NCBI GenBank assembly: GCA_017443985.1
Contig: JAFSXR010000030.1
Span: 516-64,515, forward strand
Direction: 5' to 3'
Source of the DNA: Synergistaceae bacterium
GTDB taxonomy: Bacteria; Synergistota; Synergistia; Synergistales; Aminobacteriaceae
Length of the DNA stretch: 64,000 nt
A program made the position numbers and the translations under genes. A model generated the notes under the pieces. That model searched no databases and was not told the DNA's origin. It worked only from the letters and a program-made list of their open reading frames with translations. Shown piece after piece: positions 45,685 through 53,450 of the stretch. Numbering within the stretch: the first letter of the stretch is position 1; each line of letters begins with the position of its first letter.

Positions 45685-46731
45685 TTATAGATTTTTTATT
45701 GCATTTATTAATTTTTCGACGTTCTCATCACTTGTTGCCCAGCTTGTGCAAAACCTAACGGCCATTTTATTATCTTCGAGAGGCTCCCATAATTCGTAAT
45801 CAAACTCCGCGCTTAATTTTTTATTCTGCTCAGCCGTCAAAATCGGGAACTGCTGATTAGTAAATGACTCAAATAAAAATGGAATTTTTGAATCTGTGAA
45901 AGCCTTTTTAATTTTCATTGCCTGTTTATTAGCGTGGCGGGCATTCTCAAAATATAAACCGTCCTCAAATAATACTTCAAACTGAAGGCCGAGCAAACGT
46001 CCTTTAGCCAAGAGTCCGCCCTGCTGTTTTATGAGAGTTCTCAAATTTTTCAGCTTAAATTTTTCCGGCGCAGTGAATACTATTGCTTCACCGAATAACG
46101 CGCCGTTCTTAGTCCCGCCGATATAAAACACGTCGCATAAATCAGCAAGGTCTTTAATGTCCATGTCCGACGCTTCAGACGTTAAAGCAGTTCCGAGCCG
46201 TGCACCGTCAACGAATAACGGCAATTTATATTCTCCGCAGACGGCTTTAATATTTTTGAGAATATTTTTTGTGTAGACCGTCCCGTATTCTGATGAGTTA
46301 GAAACGTAAACCATGCCGGGCTGCACCGTGTGCTCGTAGGTCGGATTGGCATAAAAGGCCGTGAGATATTTTTTCAAGTCTTTCGCGTCAAGAAGGCCGT
46401 TATGATGAGGCAGCGTCAAAACTTTATGGCCGGTCGCCTCGATTGCGCCGGACTCGTGAACGTTAATATGCCCTGACGAAGTAGCGATAACGCCCTCGCA
46501 GGGATCTAAAATAGATTTTATTACGATTGTGTTCGATTGCGTTCCGCCAACAGCAAAAAAAATTTCCGCGTTCGGTTTATTTATTGCCCTGCGGATTAAT
46601 TCTCTTGCGCGTTCGTTGTGAACGTCAACGCCGTAGCCCGAAGTCTGTTCAAGATTTGTCGCTAAACGACGCTCTAAAATTTTCGGGTGCGCGCCTTCCT
46701 GATAATCAGTTTCAAATTTTATTTTCTGCAA
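45685..46731 (-). CDS. PLP-dependent threonine aldolase / beta-eliminating lyase family protein
   Basis: 348 aa. FAVGGTQSNTI, HINVHESGAIE, FVDGARLGTAL and GGTKNG (the PLP-lysine region) fit low-specificity threonine aldolase-like enzymes. Confidence 0.7.
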   Translation of the reverse strand: MQKIKFETDYQEGAHPKILERRLATNLEQTSGYGVDVHNERARELIRRAINKPNAEIFFAVGGTQSNTIVIKSILDPCEGVIATSSGHINVHESGAIEATGHKVLTLPHHNGLLDAKDLKKYLTAFYANPTYEHTVQPGMVYVSNSSEYGTVYTKNILKNIKAVCGEYKLPLFVDGARLGTALTSEASDMDIKDLADLCDVFYIGGTKNGALFGEAIVFTAPEKFKLKNLRTLIKQQGGLLAKGRLLGLQFEVLFEDGLYFENARHANKQAMKIKKAFTDSKIPFLFESFTNQQFPILTAEQNKKLSAEFDYELWEPLEDNKMAVRFCTSWATSDENVEKLINAIKNL

Positions 46732-46799
46732 TTATTTTTTCAGCTCCATTCGTTTTTAATTTTTTTTGAAGGTAATTATATTACACGAAATTTTACGAG

Positions 46800-46965
46800 T
46801 AACGAAAATTTTATGATAAAATATTTTTTGTTCCATTAAAAAAAATTTTTTGAGAGAGAAAATTTTTTGCAACTACATTTACACCTACAAGAAGTCTTAA
46901 AATTTTTAGTGCCGTCAAAAATTCACAGAGTCGATTAAAAAAATAGAATCACGAAATTTTTTCAC
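46800..46965 (+). mobile_element. AT-rich MITE-like intergenic element, copy 2
   Basis: Reverse-complement orientation relative to copy 1. The core is TTGCAACTACATTTACACCTACAA (46868-46891), and it also carries ..AAAAAATAGAATCACGAAATTTTTT. It lies upstream of the thi promoter and riboswitch. Confidence 0.7.
46922..46949 (+). promoter_or_regulatory. promoter-like module carried by MITE-like copy 2
   Basis: TTCACA - 16 nt - TAGAAT. The same module with the same 16-nt spacer occurs in all four copies. Confidence 0.35.
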
Positions 46966-46990
46966 GAAGCCTCAAATTTTGTAATATAAT
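46961..46990 (+). promoter_or_regulatory. sigma-70-like promoter for the TPP riboswitch / thi operon
   Basis: TTCACG (46961-46966) - 18 nt - TATAAT (46985-46990). This places the transcription start a few nt before the riboswitch. Confidence 0.5.
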
Positions 46991-47000
46991 AAAAAAAATT

Positions 47001-47150
47001 CATGGGAGCTTGTTAAACAGGCTGAGAGGGAATTAAATTCCGACCATCATAACCTGATCCGGGCAATGCCGGCGTAGGAAGTCAAAATATTTTCGCCTTC
47101 AGTCTAAATTTTTACAGCCCCATGAAAAATTTTAGAAGTCTGGAGGAAAT
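47001..47150 (+). promoter_or_regulatory. TPP (THI-box) riboswitch with expression platform
   Basis: Conserved aptamer elements GGGAGC..GGCTGAGAGGGA..CCGACC..AACCTGATCCGGGCAATGCCGGCGTAGGAAG span 47004-47081. Downstream, CCTTCAG (47095-47101) can pair with CTGGAGG (47140-47146), which covers the thiM SD. Confidence 0.85.
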
Positions 47151-47155
47151 TTATT

Positions 47156-47977
47156 TTGTTAGGAAAATATCTTGAGAACGTCCGAAAAAAATCACCTTTA
47201 ATTCACAACATCACGAATTACGTTACAGTCAACGATGTCGCTAACGTCCTTTTGGCCTGCGGAGCGAGTCCGATAATGGCAGACGAGCCCGACGACGCTG
47301 TAGAGATCACAGCAATTTGCAACGGCCTCAATATTAACATCGGCACCCTTAACTCACGAACGATTGAAAGCATGTTCAAAGCCGGGAAAAAAGCCCGTGA
47401 GCTTGGCCATGTTCTTTTGCTTGACCCGGTCGGAGCGGGCGCGAGCAGTTTACGAACTGACACGGCAGTTAATTTAATCAAAGAAATAAAATTTGATGTC
47501 ATTCGCGGCAACGCTTCAGAGATTAAAACCCTCGTGCTCGGTTCGGGAACTACTCACGGGGTTGACGCTGACAAGGCCGACGCGGTGAGCGATGAAAATC
47601 TTTCTTTCATGATTGATTTTGTTAAAGACTTTGCAAAAAATTCAGGCTCTATAATCGCTTTAACGGGCGCGGTTGATTTAGTTGCCGATGCTGAAAAATG
47701 CTTCGTGATCCGCAACGGACGGCCCGAAATGGGACGTATTACAGGCACGGGCTGCCAGCTTTCAGGAATTATGACGGCGTTTATCGCGGCAAATCCCGAA
47801 AATAAATTAGAAGCTGCTGCTGCGGCTGTGTGCTTAATGGGGCTTGCCGGAGAAATTGCTTTCAAAAATTTACAGCCCGGCGAAGGAAATTCAACCTACA
47901 GAAACAAAATCATTGACGCGGTTTATAACATGACGGGCGAAATTCTTGACGAGGGCGCGAAATATGAAGTCAGGTAG
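47156..47977 (+). CDS. thiM: hydroxyethylthiazole kinase
   Basis: PLIHNITNYVTVNDVANVLLACGASPIMA, VLLDPVGAGAS and GTGCQLSG are ThiM motifs. TTG start with SD GGAGGA at 47142-47147. Confidence 0.9.
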   Translation: MLGKYLENVRKKSPLIHNITNYVTVNDVANVLLACGASPIMADEPDDAVEITAICNGLNINIGTLNSRTIESMFKAGKKARELGHVLLLDPVGAGASSLRTDTAVNLIKEIKFDVIRGNASEIKTLVLGSGTTHGVDADKADAVSDENLSFMIDFVKDFAKNSGSIIALTGAVDLVADAEKCFVIRNGRPEMGRITGTGCQLSGIMTAFIAANPENKLEAAAAAVCLMGLAGEIAFKNLQPGEGNSTYRNKIIDAVYNMTGEILDEGAKYEVR

Positions 47978-48003
47978 GAATTAGGAGTTAGGAGGTAGGA
48001 GGT
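47972..48003 (+). repeat. tandem 7-nt SD-like repeat array spanning the thiM stop and the thiE RBS
   Basis: AGGTAGGAATTAGGAGTTAGGAGGTAGGAGGT. The thiM TAG (47975-47977) lies inside unit 1. The thiE ATG at 48005 follows directly. Confidence 0.9.
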
Positions 48004-48004
48004 T

Positions 48005-48643
48005 ATGAGATTAAATAAAAAAGATTTAATTCTTTACGCCGTAACTGATAGAACTTGGCTGAACGGAAGAAAATTATACGGCGACGTTGAGAAAGCTATA
48101 CGGGGCGGTGCGACGTTAATTCAACTGCGCGAAAAAAATTTAACTCACGAAGAATTTAAGGCCGAAGCCCTAGAAATTCAACAGCTCTGCAAAAAATACA
48201 GCGTACCTTTTATCATTAATGACGATGTTGAATTAGCGCACGAAATTGACGCTGACGGAGTTCACGTGGGTCAAGACGACATGGAAGCCGGGAACGTAAG
48301 AAATTTAATCGGCAGTGAAAAAATTTTGGGCGTTTCCGTTCAAACTCCTGAGCAGGCAGTCTTAGCCGAGAGCAAGGGCGCGGATTATTTAGGGGCAGGC
48401 GCGGTCTTTCACACTAACTCTAAACTTGACGCGGCTGACGTTTCTCACGAGGTGCTGAAAAAAATCTGTGAGGCTGTAAAAATTCCCGTTGTCGCTATCG
48501 GCGGAATAAACGCGAAAAATATTAATCAGCTCGCAGGGACAGGAATTGCCGGAGTCGCTATAATAAGCGCGATATTCGCCGCTGATGATATAGAAAAATC
48601 AGCGCGTGAATTAAGAAACTTATCTGGAGACTTGGGGCAATAA
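48005..48643 (+). CDS. thiE: thiamine-phosphate synthase
   Basis: LYAVTDR, IQLREK, INDDVELA, DGVHVGQDD and PVVAIGGI are the canonical ThiE (TMP-TENI) motifs. Confidence 0.9.
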   Translation: MRLNKKDLILYAVTDRTWLNGRKLYGDVEKAIRGGATLIQLREKNLTHEEFKAEALEIQQLCKKYSVPFIINDDVELAHEIDADGVHVGQDDMEAGNVRNLIGSEKILGVSVQTPEQAVLAESKGADYLGAGAVFHTNSKLDAADVSHEVLKKICEAVKIPVVAIGGINAKNINQLAGTGIAGVAIISAIFAADDIEKSARELRNLSGDLGQ

Positions 48644-48646
48644 AAA

Positions 48647-49276
48647 TTGAACAATTTATTAGCAATTATTTTTGACGCTGACGGGACAATTTTAGACTCG
48701 ATGTATATTTGGCACGAGCTTGGCGGAAGATACCTGCGGAGCATTGACGTTGAGCCGGAAAGAAATTTAGCCGAAATTCTTTATCCTTTGAGTCTTGAAC
48801 AGGGCTGTGTGTATCTCAAAGAAAGATACGCGCTTGAGCAGACTCTGCCGGAAATCCGGGAAGGCATCGTGAGAATTATTCAGGATTTTTATATTGATGA
48901 GGTCGGTTTGAAGGCAGGCGTAAGAGATTTTCTTCAGTCAATGCTTGAAAAAAATATCCCGATGGTCATTGCAACATCGGGCGACAGAACTTTATTAAAC
49001 GCTGCTCTCGAACGCAACGGCATCGCAGGATATTTCAACGCTATTTTCACTTGCTCGGAACTTGAAACTAACAAGCATGAGCCGAAAATTTATCTCGAGT
49101 GCGCAAAATTTTTCGGTCTTGAGCCGTATAACATTGCCGTCTTTGAGGACAGCTTATTCGCGCTTGAGACAGCGAAGGCCGCAGGCTTTATCACGTTCGG
49201 CGTTGAAGATGATTCTAATATTAACGACCGCGAAAGAATTATTGAAGTCGCGGATTTTTACACGGACTTTTGTTAA
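48647..49276 (+). CDS. HAD-superfamily (subfamily IA) hydrolase/phosphatase
   Basis: Motif I IIFDADGTILDS, motif II VIATSG, then K and the acidic motif IAVFEDSLFALETAKAAG. TTG start. Confidence 0.8.
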   Translation: MNNLLAIIFDADGTILDSMYIWHELGGRYLRSIDVEPERNLAEILYPLSLEQGCVYLKERYALEQTLPEIREGIVRIIQDFYIDEVGLKAGVRDFLQSMLEKNIPMVIATSGDRTLLNAALERNGIAGYFNAIFTCSELETNKHEPKIYLECAKFFGLEPYNIAVFEDSLFALETAKAAGFITFGVEDDSNINDRERIIEVADFYTDFC

Positions 49277-49293
49277 AGGATATCATCGTGTAA

Positions 49294-49325
49294 AATAATA
49301 ATATAAGTGTGTTTATATTATTATT
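49294..49325. repeat. perfect AT-only inverted repeat (13-bp arms, 6-nt loop)
   Basis: AATAATAATATAA (49294-49306), loop GTGTGT, then TTATATTATTATT (49313-49325). It sits at the upstream edge of the AT-rich insertion. Confidence 0.9.
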
Positions 49326-49375
49326 CACTTAAATATTAGATGATAATGGCGTCTCAAAAAAATTAGGAGTTTTTT

Positions 49376-51097
49376 ATGTTTATAATATGGTTTAACATAA
49401 TTTCTATATTGTGTGTGATAATATTTTTCGGGGTAGTTATATTTGGACCAGAAGAAATATTTTACAGTAAATATTTTTACCTGTGGCGTAGAGTTCATAT
49501 AAAATGGCGCAGCAGATTTGATTATTGGCTGTATATGTTTATGTGTTCAATAAGAACTTCCCCAATTACTAAAATTCCTGAAAGGATTTACTCCTTATGG
49601 TATCTATATAAAAATTTATTGTTTTTGTTCCCTTTAATTCCTATCATGATAAAAATGAAAGATTTTGCTTCTGGAATTTTAGCTGCTTCCATTTTTTTCT
49701 TTTGTGTAGATGTCTATAGAAATAATAGAACAGAAAAATTAAATGAGCAATATATAGAAATTCAACCTAATTATGAGGCGTATGAAAATATAACGGTTGA
49801 CGATAATAATTGTTTATTTGAATTTCAATCAAATGGAACTAAAGAAAGTGTATGTATTAACTTAAAAGTAAATGAATGGTTATTAAGTGAACAAAAAATT
49901 GGCTTACGGCGCTGTAAGAAGTACGAAAAAGGGCTAAAATCACAGATTTATAATGAACATAATTGGGGAAATATATATTCACTGTTTCTGCGTAATAACT
50001 ATCTTAAATCTGTCCATTTTGGTTATCAATTTCTTAATGGAAGTAAATTTGGTATTTCAAGTGAACTTAACCCTAATAATGATTTTGTTAAAATTCATAA
50101 AACATGCTATTTTGATTCTTATCTTACGAACATTATACCTGGTAAGACTCTCTTAAAATTGGTTGACGGTAAGGTTATATCAAATACAGAAAAGTTTATG
50201 CCTTATGGTCAAGATCGTATATTATTGAGTTGTGATGATGATATTTTAAGAAATATATATAGAGCTAATGAACCCGGCGTTTCAGTACTTTTAATGTTAC
50301 CTAATAATCGTATTTTATTTTGGAGACAAAACAATTTTGTGCTAAGTAGTGCTAACAAAATTGCTCCAAGTGGAAGCGGAAGTGTTGATTGGAATGATTG
50401 TAAGAGTTTTTTGAGTGCTCCTGACGGCTTTCGTAAGGCTATTATACATGCTATGGAGAGAGAATTATGGGAAGAAGCTTATTCCAGCGAAGGTAAAATT
50501 AGCTTGGAAGATTTTATGAACAATACAGAGACTAATATTATAGGACATTTTCGTTGGTTACAGAAATCCGGAAAATATGAATTTGTAGGTGTAACTAAGT
50601 TTTTGCAAAAATTACCCGGTTGTAATGCTCCTAAACCGTGCAATATGGAAATTATTGATGGTGATTTATCTCCCCAAATACTAACCGTAGGAGAAGCTTT
50701 GCAAACGCTATTTATTTCTAACAATATGTCTATTAATAAAGAAAAAAGTACTGTGTCTAATCGTCTTCCCAGTTTTAGAGGAATTATTGAAAAAACTTCA
50801 GAACTTCCTATAATAAGTAATGATGGAGAAGTAAAAGTTACAAAGGAAACAATAAACATCAAGGAAATAGAAGTGAAAAACATTAACGATGCTGTAAAAC
50901 TTTTTGAACATCGTACTATGAATAGCATTATTGAAATAAACGATTATTCTATTCCTTGTGTTATGGCTATTTTATATCTTCGACAAATTTGTGAAGATTA
51001 TTGTGAGAAATGCTCAAATAAAAGTTGTTGTAAGGAAGATAACATACCTTGTAATGTAAAACTAGAAGAGGCAATTTTCAACAAGAGGAATTTTTGA
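49376..51097 (+). CDS. AT-rich orphan: membrane-anchored protein with degenerate Nudix-like box and Cys-rich C-terminus
   Basis: 573-aa ORF with SD AGGAG at 49365-49369. The N-terminal ~115 aa contains 3-4 hydrophobic helices. A Nudix-like region (VSVLLMLPNNRILFWRQ..GSGSVDW..FRKAIIHAMERELWEEAYS) retains REUxEE. The tail is CEDYCEKCSNKSCCKEDNIPC. Its DNA composition is unlike its neighbours. Confidence 0.75.
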   Translation: MFIIWFNIISILCVIIFFGVVIFGPEEIFYSKYFYLWRRVHIKWRSRFDYWLYMFMCSIRTSPITKIPERIYSLWYLYKNLLFLFPLIPIMIKMKDFASGILAASIFFFCVDVYRNNRTEKLNEQYIEIQPNYEAYENITVDDNNCLFEFQSNGTKESVCINLKVNEWLLSEQKIGLRRCKKYEKGLKSQIYNEHNWGNIYSLFLRNNYLKSVHFGYQFLNGSKFGISSELNPNNDFVKIHKTCYFDSYLTNIIPGKTLLKLVDGKVISNTEKFMPYGQDRILLSCDDDILRNIYRANEPGVSVLLMLPNNRILFWRQNNFVLSSANKIAPSGSGSVDWNDCKSFLSAPDGFRKAIIHAMERELWEEAYSSEGKISLEDFMNNTETNIIGHFRWLQKSGKYEFVGVTKFLQKLPGCNAPKPCNMEIIDGDLSPQILTVGEALQTLFISNNMSINKEKSTVSNRLPSFRGIIEKTSELPIISNDGEVKVTKETINIKEIEVKNINDAVKLFEHRTMNSIIEINDYSIPCVMAILYLRQICEDYCEKCSNKSCCKEDNIPCNVKLEEAIFNKRNF

Positions 51098-51100
51098 AGC

Positions 51101-51910
51101 ATGAAAAAAATTTTTGCCGTATTAATAATTTTATTTTTATTTTTTAGCGTTAGTGCCGCGCCGGTTTATTCTGCTGAAAAAAATGAGAAGAGCGAAATAA
51201 CTTCAGCTAAAGAGCTTTATCGCGATCTCAAAAAAAATTTCAGCAAGGACAGAGCCTACTATAAAAATCTCAGCGACGAAGGTTTTGCAAATTTCCGCGA
51301 GGTCAGCACGACAGGAATCGGCAGGGGAATTTTGTATCGTTCGTCATCGCCAATAAACGACTGGGGCAATAGAAACATAACGGCTGATAATCTTTCGCGC
51401 CGGGCAAAAATAAAAACTTTTGTAAATCTCGTGGACGATTATAAAAAAATGACAGGCTACAAAAATTTTTCACGGACTTATTACAGCACGCAGAAAGCAA
51501 TCGCGCTAAATTTTGACTTAAAATTTATGTCCAAAGATTTTCAGAATAAACTTGCAAGAGCCGTAAAATTTATCGCTGACAGCGAACCGCCATTTTTAAT
51601 CCACTGCAACTTGGGCAAGGACAGGACGGGGCTGGTCTGCGCTGTGATCGAGGCCGTAACGGGCGCGTCTTCCGAAGAAATCGCAGAAGATTTTATGAAA
51701 TCTTTTTATAATTATTTCAGCGTCATGCCCGGCTCAAAAGAATATGAATTTATTGTCAGTCATGAGATACGCTCTTTTCTTGCGTCAATGCTTGGCGTAA
51801 AAAATATTGACGACGTAAATTTATACGCGGCCGCTGAAAAATATTTGTTAAAAATCGGAGTTGCTTCAGAAGATATTGAGAAAGTCCGCAAAAAACTTGG
51901 AGGAAAATAA
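51101..51910 (+). CDS. secreted tyrosine-phosphatase-like protein (CX5R, Y_phosphatase3-like)
   Basis: Signal peptide MKKIFAVLIILFLFFSVSAAPVYSA and the active-site loop HCNLGKDRTG (C-x5-R-T). Confidence 0.7.
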   Translation: MKKIFAVLIILFLFFSVSAAPVYSAEKNEKSEITSAKELYRDLKKNFSKDRAYYKNLSDEGFANFREVSTTGIGRGILYRSSSPINDWGNRNITADNLSRRAKIKTFVNLVDDYKKMTGYKNFSRTYYSTQKAIALNFDLKFMSKDFQNKLARAVKFIADSEPPFLIHCNLGKDRTGLVCAVIEAVTGASSEEIAEDFMKSFYNYFSVMPGSKEYEFIVSHEIRSFLASMLGVKNIDDVNLYAAAEKYLLKIGVASEDIEKVRKKLGGK

Positions 51911-51914
51911 ATTT

Positions 51915-52724
51915 ATGAAAACAGCTTTGACAATCGCAGGGAGCGATTCATCGGGCGGCGCAGGTATTCAGGCCGACATAAAAACAATGACTATGAACGG
52001 CGTTTATGCAATGAGCGCGATAACAGCTCTGACTGCACAAAATACTACGGGCGTTACAGGAATTTTGGAATCATCGCCGGAATTTTTGAGAGCCCAGCTT
52101 GACGCGGTATTCACTGATATTTTTCCGGACGCTGTGAAAATCGGCATGGTCTCAAGTTCGGAATTAATAAAAATTATTGCCGGAGCATTAAAATTTTACA
52201 AAGCAAAAAATATTGTCGTTGATCCCGTAATGGTATCGACGAGCGGAGCAAGATTAATAAATGAAAATGCCGTAGCAACTTTAACGGAAGAACTTTTGCC
52301 GCTTGCTCTCGTTGTTACGCCGAATATTCCCGAAGCTGAAATTCTATCGGGCATTAAAATTGATAATCAAGACGATATGCCCAACGCCGCGAAGATAATA
52401 AGTGAAAAATACGGCTGCTCTGTTTTATTAAAGGGCGGTCATGACGTGAACGACGCGAACGATTTATTATTCATGGGCGAAAATAATTTCAAATGGTTTT
52501 ATGGAAAAAGGATTGACACGCGCAACACTCACGGCACGGGCTGCACGCTCTCAAGCGCGATTGCCGCGAATTTAGCAAAAAATTTTTCGCTCGAAATTTC
52601 CGTTGAACGCGCAAAAGAATATATTTCGGGAGCGTTGGGAGCAATGCTGGACTTAGGCAAGGGCTGCGGACCGATGGCTCACTCGTTTAATTTAACGGGA
52701 AAGTTTGCAGAACATGGAAAATAA
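51915..52724 (+). CDS. thiD: hydroxymethylpyrimidine/phosphomethylpyrimidine kinase
   Basis: TIAGSDSSGGAGIQADIKT, KIGM, VVDPVM and THGTGCTLSSAIAA are ThiD motifs. I chose ATG 51915, after the upstream stop at 51910, rather than the ORF-track start at 51861. Confidence 0.9.
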   Translation: MKTALTIAGSDSSGGAGIQADIKTMTMNGVYAMSAITALTAQNTTGVTGILESSPEFLRAQLDAVFTDIFPDAVKIGMVSSSELIKIIAGALKFYKAKNIVVDPVMVSTSGARLINENAVATLTEELLPLALVVTPNIPEAEILSGIKIDNQDDMPNAAKIISEKYGCSVLLKGGHDVNDANDLLFMGENNFKWFYGKRIDTRNTHGTGCTLSSAIAANLAKNFSLEISVERAKEYISGALGAMLDLGKGCGPMAHSFNLTGKFAEHGK

Positions 52725-53355
52725 CTCCTGCCTAAAAAATCGCTGCGTGATAGTCGGCGGAGCTGAAATAAAAAATTATGACCTCATAAAAAAATATTTC
52801 AGCCCCGAAGATTTTTTTATTTACTGCGACTGCGGATTAAAACACGAAAAAAATTTTGGGATTAAACCTGATTTAATAATCGGCGATTTTGACTCGCACG
52901 ACATGCCCCAAGATTTAAGCAACGTTATAATTTTGCCCGTTATAAAAGACGACACGGACACTATTTTTGCAGTGAAAGAAGCAATGAAGCGCGGCTTTGA
53001 TGATTTCATTTTAACCGGCGTTACGGGCGGACGGCAGGATCATAATTTAGGAAACATTTACGCGCTTTTAATGCTCGCCGAAAAAAATAAAAACGCGCTG
53101 ATAGTTGACGATTACTCCGAGATAAAATTAATAAAAGCAAACGAAAAAATAAAAATTAAACGGGGCTGGAAATTTTTTTCGCTGATTAATATTTCCGGCA
53201 CTGCGAAGGGAATTTTTATAACGGGCGCGAAATATAATTTAGAGAACGCTGAAATCACGCCCGACTTTCAATACGGAATAAGCAACGAAATTTTAGATGA
53301 TTACGCCGAAATTTTTTTGAGCGAAGGCAGTCTGTTATTAATCTGCGTCAGGTGA
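52705..53355 (+). CDS. thiN: thiamine pyrophosphokinase
   Basis: CVIVGGAE, PDLIIGDFDS, KDDTD and GGRQDHNLGN are TPK catalytic motifs, followed by a C-terminal thiamin-binding domain. The start is 52705 or 52714. Confidence 0.85.
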   Translation: MQNMENNSCLKNRCVIVGGAEIKNYDLIKKYFSPEDFFIYCDCGLKHEKNFGIKPDLIIGDFDSHDMPQDLSNVIILPVIKDDTDTIFAVKEAMKRGFDDFILTGVTGGRQDHNLGNIYALLMLAEKNKNALIVDDYSEIKLIKANEKIKIKRGWKFFSLINISGTAKGIFITGAKYNLENAEITPDFQYGISNEILDDYAEIFLSEGSLLLICVR

Positions 53356-53450
53356 ATTTACAAAATTAAGAACTTCATATAAAATTTTATCGCTTTATCA
53401 CGCTAAAGTATTTTCAAAAAAATTTTTATACGAGGAGGAAAATTTTTCAG

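Noticed and set aside
46868-46891. The conserved MITE core TTGCAACTACATTTACACCTACAA as a sigma-70 promoter (TTGCAA or TTTACA as the -35)
   Set aside because: Spacing to the only -10-like hexamer (TAAAAT) is 25 nt from TTGCAA and 13-14 nt from TTTACA, which is outside the functional 16-18 nt window. The function of the core remains unknown.
51861-51914. Earlier ThiD start at 51861
   Set aside because: It would overlap the PTP-like gene by 50 nt. The conserved ThiD N-terminus begins at MKTALTIAGSD (51915).
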